NCBI GenBank assembly: GCA_965216755.1 | Contig: CBDCGL010000011.1 | Span: forward strand, 352,001 to 416,000 | DNA: 64,000 bases | Source: Alphaproteobacteria bacterium | GTDB lineage: Bacteria; Pseudomonadota; Alphaproteobacteria; UBA7887 | Direction of reading: 5' to 3' | Part shown: positions 40,997 to 51,112 of the stretch, one piece after another | Position numbering within the stretch: position 1 is the stretch's first letter | How the letters are laid out: every line of letters begins with the position of its first letter | Made by a program: the position numbers and the translations under genes | The notes under the pieces: model-generated | The model's input: only the letters and a program-made list of their open reading frames with translations | Told to the model about the DNA's origin: nothing | The model's database searches: none

Positions 40997-43878
40997 GCCG
41001 ATTTGCGCCGGCGCCGCGATGGCGTGCGGGCGAGGGGCGCGATACCGGGCGTGCGGGTTAAATAGCTGCCCGTGTGGCTGCCGGCTACGGCCGCGACCGC
41101 TTCGGGCGGGCCTTCTGCGACAACCGTGCCACCGCCGGCGCCGCCCTCCGGGCCCAAATCGATGATCCAGTCGGCGGTCTTGATGACTTCCAGATTGTGT
41201 TCGATGACCACCACTGTGTTGCCGGTGTCGACCAACGCGTGCAGGACGTCCAGCAACTTACGCACGTCGTCGAAATGCAGCCCGGTTGTCGGTTCATCTA
41301 AAATGTACAATGTTTTACCGGTGGCGCGGCGGGACAACTCCTTCGCCAATTTGATGCGTTGCGCCTCGCCTCCCGATAGCGTGGTCGCCGGCTGTCCGAC
41401 GTGGATATAACCGAGGCCGACCCGTTGCAGGGTTGCCATTTTGTCGCGTATCGCCGGCATCGCTCTAAAGAACTCGGCGGCCTCGTCGACGGTCATGTCC
41501 AGGACATCGGCAATCGATTGCTCGCGATAGCGGATTTCGAGTGTTTCACGATTGTACCGTTTGCCTTTGCACGCATCACAGGTGACATACACGTCCGGCA
41601 AAAAATGCATTTCGATCTTGATGACACCATCACCTTGACACGATTCGCAGCGGCCTCCCTTGACGTTAAACGAAAAGCGGCCGGGCTTATATCCGCGTGC
41701 CTGTGCGTCGGGCAGGCCCGCGAACCATTCGCGGATCGGCGTGAATGCGCCGGTATAAGTTGCGGGGTTTGAACGTGGTGTGCGTCCGATCGGTGACTGA
41801 TCGATGTCGACCACTTTGTCCAGATGATGCAGCCCGTCTATAGCCTCATGCGCGCCCGGATAGAGCCGGGCGCGGTTAAGCTTGCGCGCGACCGCCGGGT
41901 ACAACGTATCGATGATCAAGCTCGATTTGCCGCTGCCCGAAACACCGGTGACGCAGGTAAATGTGCCCAGTGGAATAGTCGCGTCCACCGCGCGCAAATT
42001 GTTGGCACAAGCGCCACGCACCACCAATTCCCGCCGACTGCGGCCCTGGCGCTTGCCGGACCGGCGTTGCTTCGGAACCGGGATTTGGCGAATGCCGCTG
42101 AGATACTGCCCGGTCAGGCTAGCCGGGTTCGCCATCACTGCCTCGGGCGTGCCTTGGGCGACGATCTGGCCACCGTGCACTCCAGCGCCGGGACCTAGGT
42201 CAACGACATGTTCGGCGGCGCGAATCGCTTCTTCGTCGTGTTCAACGACGATGACCGTATTATCCAAATCCCTCAGATTGCGTAGTGTTTCCAGCAGCCG
42301 GGCATTGTCGCGCTGATGCAAACCAATCGACGGTTCGTCCAGAACATAAAGCACGCCGGTCAGGCCCGACCCGATCTGTGATGCGAGTCGTATGCGTTGG
42401 CTTTCGCCACCCGAGAGCGTGCCGGAATTACGCGATAGGGTCAGATATTCCAGCCCGACATTGACCAAAAAGCCCAGCCGCTGGTTGATTTCCCTCAACA
42501 CCCGCCGGGCAATCTCGGTTTGTTTCTCGGTCAAAACATCCGCCAAGTTCGCGAACCAAATCGCGGCATCGGCGATCGAAAGTGCGGCAACCTCGCCAAT
42601 ATGGCGGGCGTCGATCTTGACCGCCAGCGATTCGGGCTTTAGTCGGTAGCCGGCGCAGGATTCGCATGGCGCCTCACTTTGATAGCGGCCAATTTCTTCA
42701 CGCAGCCAAGCGTTTTCCGTTTCCTTGTAACGCCGTTCCAAATTGGGGATCACGCCCTCGAACGGACGCTTGGTGGTATATTTTCGCAGGCCATCGTCAT
42801 AGGTCATCGCCACGGGCGTGGCGCCGGAACCATAGAGCACGGCTTTTTGCACCTTCGCCGGCAAGTCGGCAAAGGCTGTGTTCATACTCACCTTATAGTG
42901 CTTGGCGAGGCTCTGTAACGTCTGCAGGTAGTATTGAGTCGAGCTGTTTGCCCAGGGCTGGATCGCGCCTTTGCGCAGTGACAAGGTCTCGTCGGGCACG
43001 ACCAAACCGGCGTCCACGTAGCGGCGTGAACCAATGCCGCCACACGCCGGGCAGGCGCCGAACGGGTTGTTGAAAGAAAATAACCTCGGCTCGATCTCAT
43101 CGATGGTGAAACCGGATATCGGGCAAGAAAAGCGCGCGGAAAATGTTGTGCGTTCACCGCTATCGGCCGACTCGGCATACAGAATCCCGTCGCTGAGGCT
43201 GAGCGCCGTCTCGACGCTATCCGCCAACCGATTGCTGAGCCCGTCACGGACAACGATGCGATCGACGACCACTTCGATGTCGTGTTTGAGTTTCTTGTCC
43301 AGCGCCGGCACGTCGTCAATCTCGTACATCGCGCCGTCGACCTTAACGCGTTGAAACCCACGCTTCATCAGGTCCGCGAATTCCTTGCGATATTCGCCCT
43401 TGCGGCCGCGAACGATGGGCGCCAGCAGAAGTAAGCGCGTGCCTTCGCGCATGGCCATGATGCCATCGACCATTTGGCTGACGCTTTGACTTTCGATCGG
43501 TAGGCCTGTCGCCGGCGAATAGGGCACGCCGATACGCGCGAAGAGAAGGCGCATATAGTCGTAAATCTCGGTCACCGTGCCGACTGTGGAACGCGGGTTG
43601 CGCGATGTGGTCTTTTGGTCGATGGCGATGGCGGGCGAGAGGCCGTCGATCGATTCGACGTCCGGCTTTTCCATCAGCTCCAGGAACTGCCGAGCATAGG
43701 CTGACAAGCTTTCCACATAACGGCGCTGACCCTCGGCATAGATCGTATCGAACGCCAGCGACGACTTGCCCGAGCCGCTGAGGCCCGTAATGACGATCAA
43801 CCGGTTGCGTGGCAGATCCAGGTCGAAGTTCTTGAGATTGTGTTCTTTTGCACCGCGAATGGTTATCGATTTGGTCAT
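40993..43878 (-). CDS. uvrA: excinuclease ABC subunit A
   Basis: Two ABC ATPase modules ([20 protein letters not shown]), zinc fingers, [11 protein letters not shown]. Confidence 0.98.
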   Translation of the reverse strand: MTKSITIRGAKEHNLKNFDLDLPRNRLIVITGLSGSGKSSLAFDTIYAEGQRRYVESLSAYARQFLELMEKPDVESIDGLSPAIAIDQKTTSRNPRSTVGTVTEIYDYMRLLFARIGVPYSPATGLPIESQSVSQMVDGIMAMREGTRLLLLAPIVRGRKGEYRKEFADLMKRGFQRVKVDGAMYEIDDVPALDKKLKHDIEVVVDRIVVRDGLSNRLADSVETALSLSDGILYAESADSGERTTFSARFSCPISGFTIDEIEPRLFSFNNPFGACPACGGIGSRRYVDAGLVVPDETLSLRKGAIQPWANSSTQYYLQTLQSLAKHYKVSMNTAFADLPAKVQKAVLYGSGATPVAMTYDDGLRKYTTKRPFEGVIPNLERRYKETENAWLREEIGRYQSEAPCESCAGYRLKPESLAVKIDARHIGEVAALSIADAAIWFANLADVLTEKQTEIARRVLREINQRLGFLVNVGLEYLTLSRNSGTLSGGESQRIRLASQIGSGLTGVLYVLDEPSIGLHQRDNARLLETLRNLRDLDNTVIVVEHDEEAIRAAEHVVDLGPGAGVHGGQIVAQGTPEAVMANPASLTGQYLSGIRQIPVPKQRRSGKRQGRSRRELVVRGACANNLRAVDATIPLGTFTCVTGVSGSGKSSLIIDTLYPAVARKLNRARLYPGAHEAIDGLHHLDKVVDIDQSPIGRTPRSNPATYTGAFTPIREWFAGLPDAQARGYKPGRFSFNVKGGRCESCQGDGVIKIEMHFLPDVYVTCDACKGKRYNRETLEIRYREQSIADVLDMTVDEAAEFFRAMPAIRDKMATLQRVGLGYIHVGQPATTLSGGEAQRIKLAKELSRRATGKTLYILDEPTTGLHFDDVRKLLDVLHALVDTGNTVVVIEHNLEVIKTADWIIDLGPEGGAGGGTVVAEGPPEAVAAVAGSHTGSYLTRTPGIAPLARTPSRRRRKSA

Positions 43879-44044
43879 CGCAACGTTTCGATTTCCTGTG
43901 GCTTCGGCGCCGAGACGGATATCGCATTATACGCGGCTGAGGCGTTTTTGGACGAAGTTTGCGGAACCGCGCGGCGCGGCCCTGTATACTCGCCGGCACG
44001 GAATCGCGCGATGAGAACATCGCAGAATTTATCGGGGAATATCG

Positions 44045-44503
44045 ATGGCAGGCAGTGTTAACAAAGTCATATTGGTCGGCAATTTGGGGCGCGATCCGGA
44101 GGTGCGCTCCATGCAGAATGGCGGCCGAGTCGCGAATTTGTCGTTAGCGACAAGTGACACATGGAAGGATCGACAGACGGGCGAGCGGCGCGAAAAGACC
44201 GAATGGCATCGTGTTGTAATTTTTGACGATCAGTTGGTAGACATCGCCGAAAAGTATTTGCGCAAGGGTTCGAAAATATACATTGAAGGACAATTGCAAA
44301 CGCGCAAATGGACCGATCAACAGGGCGTGGAGAAATACACGACAGAGGTCGTGCTCAATAGATTTCGCGGCCAGATGACCATGCTCGACAGCCGCAGCGA
44401 TGGTGGTGGCGGTGGATTTGGCGGCAGCGGTGGCGGGGATCGCTTCAACGAAGGTGGTGGTGCACCGGCCGGCGGTGATTTCGACGACGAAATTCCTTTC
44501 TAA
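44045..44503 (+). CDS. ssb: single-stranded DNA-binding protein
   Basis: [19 protein letters not shown] ... DDEIPF; divergent from uvrA. Confidence 0.98.
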   Translation: MAGSVNKVILVGNLGRDPEVRSMQNGGRVANLSLATSDTWKDRQTGERREKTEWHRVVIFDDQLVDIAEKYLRKGSKIYIEGQLQTRKWTDQQGVEKYTTEVVLNRFRGQMTMLDSRSDGGGGGFGGSGGGDRFNEGGGAPAGGDFDDEIPF

Positions 44504-44506
44504 CCT

Positions 44507-44618
44507 TATTTCCGTTGTTTCGGTGACAGTTTACTAAATACACCATATATAGTGCGCCTGCTTCAAGCAGGGGCACACATGGTGTATTTAGTAAACTGTC
44601 ACCGAAACAACGGAAATA
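44507..44618. repeat. perfect 40-bp inverted-repeat element (copy 1)
   Basis: TATTTCCGTTGTTTCGGTGACAGTTTACTAAATACACCAT (44507-44546) and its exact reverse complement (44579-44618). Confidence 0.95.
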
Positions 44619-47600
44619 CTATCCGGTCGGATCGGGCGGGATTTCTAGGCCGGCTTTTTTGAAACCGTCCAAGATGTGAGCGATCAGGTCTTCGGACCAG
44701 TTCCATTTGCGACATTCGCCCCACGGGTCCTCGGCAAATGCTGGGTGCAGTTCGAGCATGCGGTCGAGGCTTTGCCGCGCTTCGTCGATGCGGCCGAGTT
44801 GGGCGAGGGCGATGGTTGTGACAAACGGATCCCGCCAGTAATCGTGCATATTGATCCGCTGCGCGTCGGCGAGAGCGCCCTCGTAGTCATGCCTGCGATA
44901 TTTGTCGATGGAGAACGCGATATATATCCATGTCGCGTGATCGGGATGAATCTCGAGGACGCGTTCGAGCAACCCAATGCCGCGTTCCCATCGTCCGGCA
45001 TAGGCTATTTTCCAGCCCAAATCGGCAAGGACGGATATATCATCCGGATTTCTGTCGATCTCTTGTTCCGCGAGATCGAAGAACTGGTCGAGGTCGTGGC
45101 GTGCGAAGTGGATGGCTGCAAGAGCGACCGGGACATCCGGATGGTTTGGATCGATTGCGAGCGCCTTTTGGCCAGCATCGAGCGCACGCTCAAGCGGGCG
45201 CGGACGGGGATTCAATCCCGATTGGTGTTCGAGAGAGTAAATCCAGATTAGCGCGGCCCAAGCGTCGGCGAAGTTCGGGTTTGCGGCGACGGCAGCCTCA
45301 AGGCAATCGCGCGTTTCGGCATGATTCTGGTGCGTCACGACGGTCATGACGTCCAACGAGCGTAAAACACATTCATAGTGGCCTAGGTCTTGCGCGCGGA
45401 CCCGTTGCAGACGCCTTAGTGTATCTCGGATCATTTCGCCGTCCATATCGCCAACGCTATTTGCGATTCTTATGGCGATCTCATCCTGGATAGCGAAGAT
45501 ACCTGCTGTGTTCAGGCTTCGTTCGAACCGATCAGCCCACACTTGATTGCCATCGACGTCTGCCAGGTGCGCGCTGATCCGTATCGTGTCGCCGGATCTG
45601 CGCACCGATCCGCCGAGGACGAACCCGACTTTGAGTTCTCTTGCGACGACCACCGGGTCGTTTTCCGCCATCTCAAGAGATCGGCCGCGCGCCGCGACCC
45701 GAATGTCGGAAAACCGACTTAAGGTGGTGATCAATTCCTCTGCGATGCCTTTGGCGAAATAGTCCTGTTCAGGATCCCCAGACAGATTCTCGAACGGCAG
45801 CACGGCAATCGATGGCTTGTCCGCATCGGCACGCGGCGGATGCTCCGGCACGCCCAAGCTACGCAGCTCATCAAGGGCGTTTTCGACTATCGTAGTTTCG
45901 TAAAACCAAAGCTTTTCCCGAGCGAAATCTCTGATCGTCTCGATTGAATAGTCCGGATGCTTACCGCTGGCGCGCGCGATTTCGGCTTTCAGGTCGTCTA
46001 ATCTGTTTGCATTGGCCAATACGATAGAAAAATTGAAATAACGAGCGAAATCATCGGGCGCCCGACCGTAATACTCTGCAAAGAGATCCGCAGCCTGGTT
46101 CCAATCGCCCAACAGAGAAATCGCTGTCGCCTTGGTATCAATGTACCAGGCTGGATATGCCGGGCTCAGACGCATCGCCTCCTCTACGCTCTTTAAGGCC
46201 TGGTCATATTCTCCAGCTCGAATGTAGACCCAGGCCATGTCGGCTCTCGGATCAGGACTGTTTGGTGCCAAGTCGATCGCCTTCTTGCCCCATTTCATAG
46301 CCGCGCCATGATCGCCTTCGGTAGAAGCAATGGCCCGAAGGAGTCGGTAGCCATATGCGTGATCGGGCGCCAGAGCGAGGACCTTGTCCGTGTATTCCTT
46401 GCATCGAGCAAGGACAGACGGTTCCGTATCCCAACCATATTCATAGGCGTGCCAATGCACCCACGCCAAACGACCCCAGGCGAGCGCGTAATTTGGGTCG
46501 ATGGCCACGGCTCGCTCCAACAGTTCGCGTGCCCGATCGTTGGCCTCTTCACTATATTTCAGTATGTTTTTTGCACCCTCTTGGCTTAGCGCCCATGCTT
46601 CGAGATTCTTTGTTCCGCCGCGCCATTTCAGATCACGTCCGCCGCCGAGCAAATTAATTTGCATGGCCGTGGCAACCTCTAGGGCAATCTCATCTTGTAT
46701 GGCAAAAATGTCTTCAATTGGTCGGTCGTAGCGCTCGGTCCAGATGTGGCCGCCGGACCGGGCCTCGATCAATTGCATCGTGATGCGCAATTGATCACCC
46801 GAGACTTGCACGCTGCCTTCCAGCAGATGGCCGACACCGAGTTGCGCTGTGACCTCGGCGATATCGATTCCGGTTTCCTTGTATTGCAGGGTCGAATAGC
46901 GGGCCGGCACAAACAACTCGTAGGCCTGAGACAACGTTGCGGTGACGTTCTCGTGCAGGCCGTCGGCGATGAAAGCGTGTTCGGGGTCCGTGCTGAGATT
47001 GTCGAACGGGAGAACCGCAACCGACGCTTTGTTGGGGAACGCAAGCCATGGCGAGGCAGCCGAAGGTTCTGCTTCCGCAACGTCCTCCGCCGGCCGGGTG
47101 GTATCGAACACGCCTGCACCCCACAGGCCAGCGACCACGACGACCAGAGCCGCCGCCGCGGCGAGGCCGGCGAGGAGCTTCGGCTTTGGTAGGTGTTGGT
47201 GTTTGACCGGAGGCGCCGCTTCACCGTCGGCGACGCGATAGGCGCGGACGGGGTCGGCGATATTTTTGACCTCTTGCTCGCCCAAGAAATCGAAAGATGC
47301 GTCAACCTTTGAGCGCACGCTGTCGAACACGCTGCCCGAGACATTGATGCCGCCGGGGCTGGCCAGCGCTTCCAGCCGCGCGGCGACATTGACGCCGTCG
47401 CCATAAACCGTGCCGTCAGCTTGTTCGAAAATGTCGCCCAGATTGACGCCGACGCGAAACGCCATGCGCCGGTCTTCGGGCAGGGCTTCGTTGCGTTTTG
47501 CCAGTTCGCCTTGGATGGCGACCGCCGCGCTGACAGCGCCGATGGCCGAGTCGAACACCGCCAAAACGCTGTCGCCGGCCATGTCGACAACCCGGCCGTC

Positions 47601-47753
47601 ATGGGTTTCGATCTCGGCCCGAAAAAGTCCACGATATTCGTTGAGCGTCGCGATGGTCGCCCGTTCATCGGCCTGCATCAGGCGCGAGTAACCCGCCACG
47701 TCCGCGGCCAATATCGCCGCCAGCCTTTGTTTCGGACCCTTCCCCTCGGCCAA
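44619..47753 (-). CDS. class III nucleotidyl cyclase - TM - two tandem TolB-like/TPR modules
   Basis: AILAADVAGYSRLM, AGDS, GDGVNVAARLE; two AVLPF.NLS.DPE modules, each followed by TPRs; probable TTG start 47753 (ORF open to 47813). Confidence 0.9.
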   Translation of the reverse strand: MAEGKGPKQRLAAILAADVAGYSRLMQADERATIATLNEYRGLFRAEIETHDGRVVDMAGDSVLAVFDSAIGAVSAAVAIQGELAKRNEALPEDRRMAFRVGVNLGDIFEQADGTVYGDGVNVAARLEALASPGGINVSGSVFDSVRSKVDASFDFLGEQEVKNIADPVRAYRVADGEAAPPVKHQHLPKPKLLAGLAAAAALVVVVAGLWGAGVFDTTRPAEDVAEAEPSAASPWLAFPNKASVAVLPFDNLSTDPEHAFIADGLHENVTATLSQAYELFVPARYSTLQYKETGIDIAEVTAQLGVGHLLEGSVQVSGDQLRITMQLIEARSGGHIWTERYDRPIEDIFAIQDEIALEVATAMQINLLGGGRDLKWRGGTKNLEAWALSQEGAKNILKYSEEANDRARELLERAVAIDPNYALAWGRLAWVHWHAYEYGWDTEPSVLARCKEYTDKVLALAPDHAYGYRLLRAIASTEGDHGAAMKWGKKAIDLAPNSPDPRADMAWVYIRAGEYDQALKSVEEAMRLSPAYPAWYIDTKATAISLLGDWNQAADLFAEYYGRAPDDFARYFNFSIVLANANRLDDLKAEIARASGKHPDYSIETIRDFAREKLWFYETTIVENALDELRSLGVPEHPPRADADKPSIAVLPFENLSGDPEQDYFAKGIAEELITTLSRFSDIRVAARGRSLEMAENDPVVVARELKVGFVLGGSVRRSGDTIRISAHLADVDGNQVWADRFERSLNTAGIFAIQDEIAIRIANSVGDMDGEMIRDTLRRLQRVRAQDLGHYECVLRSLDVMTVVTHQNHAETRDCLEAAVAANPNFADAWAALIWIYSLEHQSGLNPRPRPLERALDAGQKALAIDPNHPDVPVALAAIHFARHDLDQFFDLAEQEIDRNPDDISVLADLGWKIAYAGRWERGIGLLERVLEIHPDHATWIYIAFSIDKYRRHDYEGALADAQRINMHDYWRDPFVTTIALAQLGRIDEARQSLDRMLELHPAFAEDPWGECRKWNWSEDLIAHILDGFKKAGLEIPPDPTG

Positions 47754-47823
47754 GACCCGTCCCCATGACACGGTACGGTCAATCGATTTTGGCCCGTCCA
47801 AAGAATCTGTCAATGGTGTTTTG

Positions 47824-47917
47824 TATTACGAGGCCAGTTTGCTTAATGTACCACTGATTGTGGCAACTATGATTTTGGCCCCATATTTGGTGTATTTAGT
47901 AAACTGTCACCGTAATA
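47824..47917. repeat. inverted-repeat element (copy 2; left arm degenerate)
   Basis: TGGTGTATTTAGTAAACTGTCACCG (47888-47912) is identical to the copy 1 right arm; left arm 47829-47853 matches 18/25; same 34-nt spacer. Confidence 0.85.
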
Positions 47918-47926
47918 ACTGTAATA

Positions 47927-49852
47927 TTATTCAGGTGGCTCCGGTGGGATATTCAATCCGGCTTTGCGCAGGCCCTCGACGCTGTGGCGGATGAAGGCGT
48001 CCGGATTGTTGAACTTTCGAAACTCCTCCCACGCCTTTTCTGCAAAGTCCGGATAAAGATTCAACAGTTTTTCGACCGTTGATCCAGCCTCTGCGTCCCG
48101 GCCAAGTTGGCCATATGCCGCGGCTAAGTGAATCTGGGACCAGTGAAAATCGGGCAAGCCGATTTTCAGTGCATACCTCATTGCCTTCTCATAGTTTTTC
48201 ACTTGGTACTCGGTATACGACAAAGACAAGTAATACCAACTGCCATGACCAGGGTTTAGAGCGGCGGCTTTCTTGACCATGGCCGAACCACGTTCGAGGC
48301 TACCGGTCCAAACCAAATAGGTCCCAACATCAGCCAGGATTGTTGCATTGTTGGGATTAAGTGCGATCGCGCGTTCGCCTTCGGACCGAAACAGTTCAAG
48401 GTCGTGTCTATGAAAATGGACAAACGCAAGTGCCAAGCGCGCTTCCGCACTATTGCTGTCGAGCGCGACCGCACGTTGTGCCGCATCGAAAGCGCGTTCC
48501 AAAGGTTCTGGTCGTTGGTTGTACCCAAATCGGAACTCATCCAGAGCCAGGAAAGAGAGTGCCGTCCATATCCGGGAATAGTTGGGGTCGATTTTGACCG
48601 CGCGTTCGGCGCAATCGCGAGATTCGCTATGCTGGTTGGGCGTCCGCACTTCATAATATTCGATAATGCGCAGAATGCATTCGTAGGCCGTCAGGCTTTC
48701 CGGGACCTTTTCGCGGATGGCGGCAGTCCCAGGCTTCCATATTGGACCGCGCTCATCGGCAATGGTTGCCGAGATACGGTTTGCAATTTCGTCTTGGGTT
48801 CCGAATATGTTGGCTGTCGTGAGATCCCGGTCGAACGTCTCCGCCCATAAATGCGTTCCGTCCTCGGCGTTGAGCAATTGAACCGTGACTCGAATTGAGT
48901 CGCCCGTCCTGCGCACGCTACCTTCAACAACATAGTCAGCACCCAGGTCGCGGCCGACCTCGCGCACATCGACGGCCTGACCCTTGTATTGAAATGTCGA
49001 ATTTCGCGCGATGACGAAAAGCTCTGAAAACTTCGACAACCGTGTGATCAGGTCCTCGGTCAAACCGTCGCCAAAATAGTCTTGTTCCGGATCGCCGCTG
49101 AGGTTGTCGAGCGGCAGTACGGCAATGGTGGGGCCCGTCGGCATGGCCAATACCGGATCTTCGGTCGGTTGCCCGTCGGCGGTGACATGTTGATCTGGTT
49201 GCCCAACTCTAGAGATCCACAAAAGGCCGCCCATGAGTAGGGCTGCGGCAAGTGCCGTGGCGGCACCAAACACAAGGGTTCGCCGATTTGGCCGGCGCGG
49301 GATCGTCGCGGCCGCTGTCTTACCATCGGCAACGCGATAGGCGCGGACCGGGTCGGCGATATTTTTGACCTCTTGCTCGCCCAAAAAGTCGAACGAAACG
49401 CCGACCTTCGAGCGCACGCTATCAAATACGCTGCCCGAAACAGTGATACTGCCAGGGCTGGCCATGGCTTCCAGCCGCGCGGCGACATTGACGCCGTCGC
49501 CATAAACCGTGCCGTCAGCTTGTTCGAATATGTCGCCCAAATTGATGCCGATGCGAAACGCCATGCGTCGGTCATCGGGCAGGGACTCGTTGCGTTTGGC
49601 AAGCGCCGCCTGGATAGCGAGCGCTGCGGAGACGGCGCCGATGGCGGAGTCGAACACCGCCAAAACGCTATCGCCGGCCATGTCGACAACCCGGCCGTCA
49701 TGGGTTTCGATCTCGGCCCGAAAAAGTCCACGATATTCGTTGAGCGTGGCGATGGTCGCCCGCTCATCGGCCTGCATCAGGCGCGAGTAACCCGCCACGT
49801 CCGCGGCCAGAATCGCCGCCAGCCTTTGTTTTGGACCCTTACCGTCGGCCAC
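47927..49852 (-). CDS. class III nucleotidyl cyclase - TM - single TolB-like/TPR module
   Basis: Cyclase domain nearly identical to its neighbour; PTIAVLPLDNLSGDPEQDYF, TPRs; probable GTG start 49852 (ORF open to 49912). Confidence 0.9.
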   Translation of the reverse strand: MADGKGPKQRLAAILAADVAGYSRLMQADERATIATLNEYRGLFRAEIETHDGRVVDMAGDSVLAVFDSAIGAVSAALAIQAALAKRNESLPDDRRMAFRIGINLGDIFEQADGTVYGDGVNVAARLEAMASPGSITVSGSVFDSVRSKVGVSFDFLGEQEVKNIADPVRAYRVADGKTAAATIPRRPNRRTLVFGAATALAAALLMGGLLWISRVGQPDQHVTADGQPTEDPVLAMPTGPTIAVLPLDNLSGDPEQDYFGDGLTEDLITRLSKFSELFVIARNSTFQYKGQAVDVREVGRDLGADYVVEGSVRRTGDSIRVTVQLLNAEDGTHLWAETFDRDLTTANIFGTQDEIANRISATIADERGPIWKPGTAAIREKVPESLTAYECILRIIEYYEVRTPNQHSESRDCAERAVKIDPNYSRIWTALSFLALDEFRFGYNQRPEPLERAFDAAQRAVALDSNSAEARLALAFVHFHRHDLELFRSEGERAIALNPNNATILADVGTYLVWTGSLERGSAMVKKAAALNPGHGSWYYLSLSYTEYQVKNYEKAMRYALKIGLPDFHWSQIHLAAAYGQLGRDAEAGSTVEKLLNLYPDFAEKAWEEFRKFNNPDAFIRHSVEGLRKAGLNIPPEPPE

Positions 49853-49974
49853 AATGCGCCCCCATGACACGCTACGGCCAATCGATTCTGGCCCGACAAG
49901 CTTTTCTGTCAATGACGGTGGGGACAGCGCCGCACAATGACGGGGTACTCCCCATTCGGCTTGAATTCAGTGGA

Positions 49975-50871
49975 GAGATATGCACGAATCTTGGTGACGG
50001 TGGATGATCAGGCGGCGGCGTGGGTTAGATCATCCTGTTCAACACCGTCGACGAATGTGACGCCTTCGATGACTTTGGGCAATTGGTTTTGTCCATCAAG
50101 TTTGCGCCACGGTGCCTGCGCCGCGCGGATCAGCTTGAAGACCATGATCTTGGCGCTGGTGTGTGACCGACAGCCCTTGGCCTTGACGGTGCGATGGCGC
50201 ACAGTGGCAAACGTGCTTTCAATCGGGTTCGTGGTCCGGATGTACTTCCGATGTTCGGCCGGGAACTCATAGAACGTCAGCAAGCGCTCGCGATCCTTAG
50301 CGAGGCAAGCGAGGGCCTTGTCGTATTTGGCGCCACATTTGGCAACAAAACGATCGAATGCCTTTTCCGCGTCGGTGCGGCCTTCGGCCATCCAGATTTC
50401 CTTGAGATCGGCGCGGGGACCGGACTGAACCGCTTTCGGCAGTTTGTTGAGAACATTTACGGTTTTGTGCACCCAGCAGCGCCGGTGGCGGGTGCGGATC
50501 CGCTCGCCATCCGGGGTACGGTCGCGCACCCGCGGCTGGCGCACCGCCACCGGACCAATCCCGGTTTGAATGCGGCGCTCCGGCAAATGTCCATGGCGCA
50601 CCAGACGCCGGCGACCATCCGCCGTGGTCAGGTCTTCGTAGGCAGCCAGAAACGTCGCAACCTCCGCTTCAACCGCTTGTGCCAAAAGCGTCCGCGCGCC
50701 GGGTCGCAAGACTTCCGTCAACGGATCCTCAATTTCATCTGGTTGGCTTAACCGAACAACAGTATCTTCGCTGATGGCGTATCACTCCTTCTGGGAGATG
50801 TGGCTGGCTGTTCACCGCCACGATACGCCACCTCCTTCTACTCCGTCGTCACCAACTTTCGCTCATTGCTC
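49975..50871 (-). mobile_element. IS256-family element with an internally deleted transposase
   Basis: Imperfect terminal IRs GAGATATGCACGAATCTTGGTGACG / GAGCAATGAGCGAAAGTTGGTGACG; ORF has RCWVHK and IRTTNPIESTFATVR but jumps from RVRDR..RIR directly to TRHRRC, so the catalytic core is missing. Confidence 0.88.
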
Positions 50872-51110
50872 ACCGCCGGCGCCACCGACCCGGTAAACCT
50901 CTTGCGTTGCATGATCCGGACCGCATTGCTCGCCGATATCCGGAACCGACGCGCAGCTTCGCGACACGAATGGCCGGCATCTACAAACGCCACAACACGT
51001 TCCCTAAGATCTTCAGATAGCGGTTTGCCCATGATCCACCTCCAGACACGGTGAATCGCAAATCCGCCTCTTCGGGAATCCTTTTGATTCAGGATTTAAC
51101 GAGGTCGCTC
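50872..51110 (-). mobile_element. IS630-family 5' remnant, truncated by the IS256 element
   Basis: MGKPLSEDLRERVV...SCREAARRF.IS.S...TGSVAP HTH (start 51032); the end abuts a TA. Confidence 0.8.
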
Positions 51111-51112
51111 TA

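Noticed and set aside
44015-44028. Alphaproteobacterial LexA box between uvrA and ssb
   Set aside because: GAAC-N6-GAAT has the wrong spacing for GAAC-N7-GAAC; biologically expected here but not supportable from the sequence.
44507-47917. CRISPR array (25-40-nt repeats with 34-nt spacers)
   Set aside because: The repeats are inverted pairs 3.3 kb apart, not tandem direct repeats, and there are no cas genes.
44619-49912. Diversity-generating retroelement (TR/VR pair) in the duplicated cyclase sequence
   Set aside because: No reverse transcriptase in the window; differences are not adenine-specific and the repeat covers the N-terminal catalytic domain.
49916-49928. CGGTGGGGACAG upstream of cyclase B as a third element arm
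   Set aside because: The resemblance to CGGTGACAG is short and gapped, the rest of the arm is absent, and the region is close to the IS256 end.
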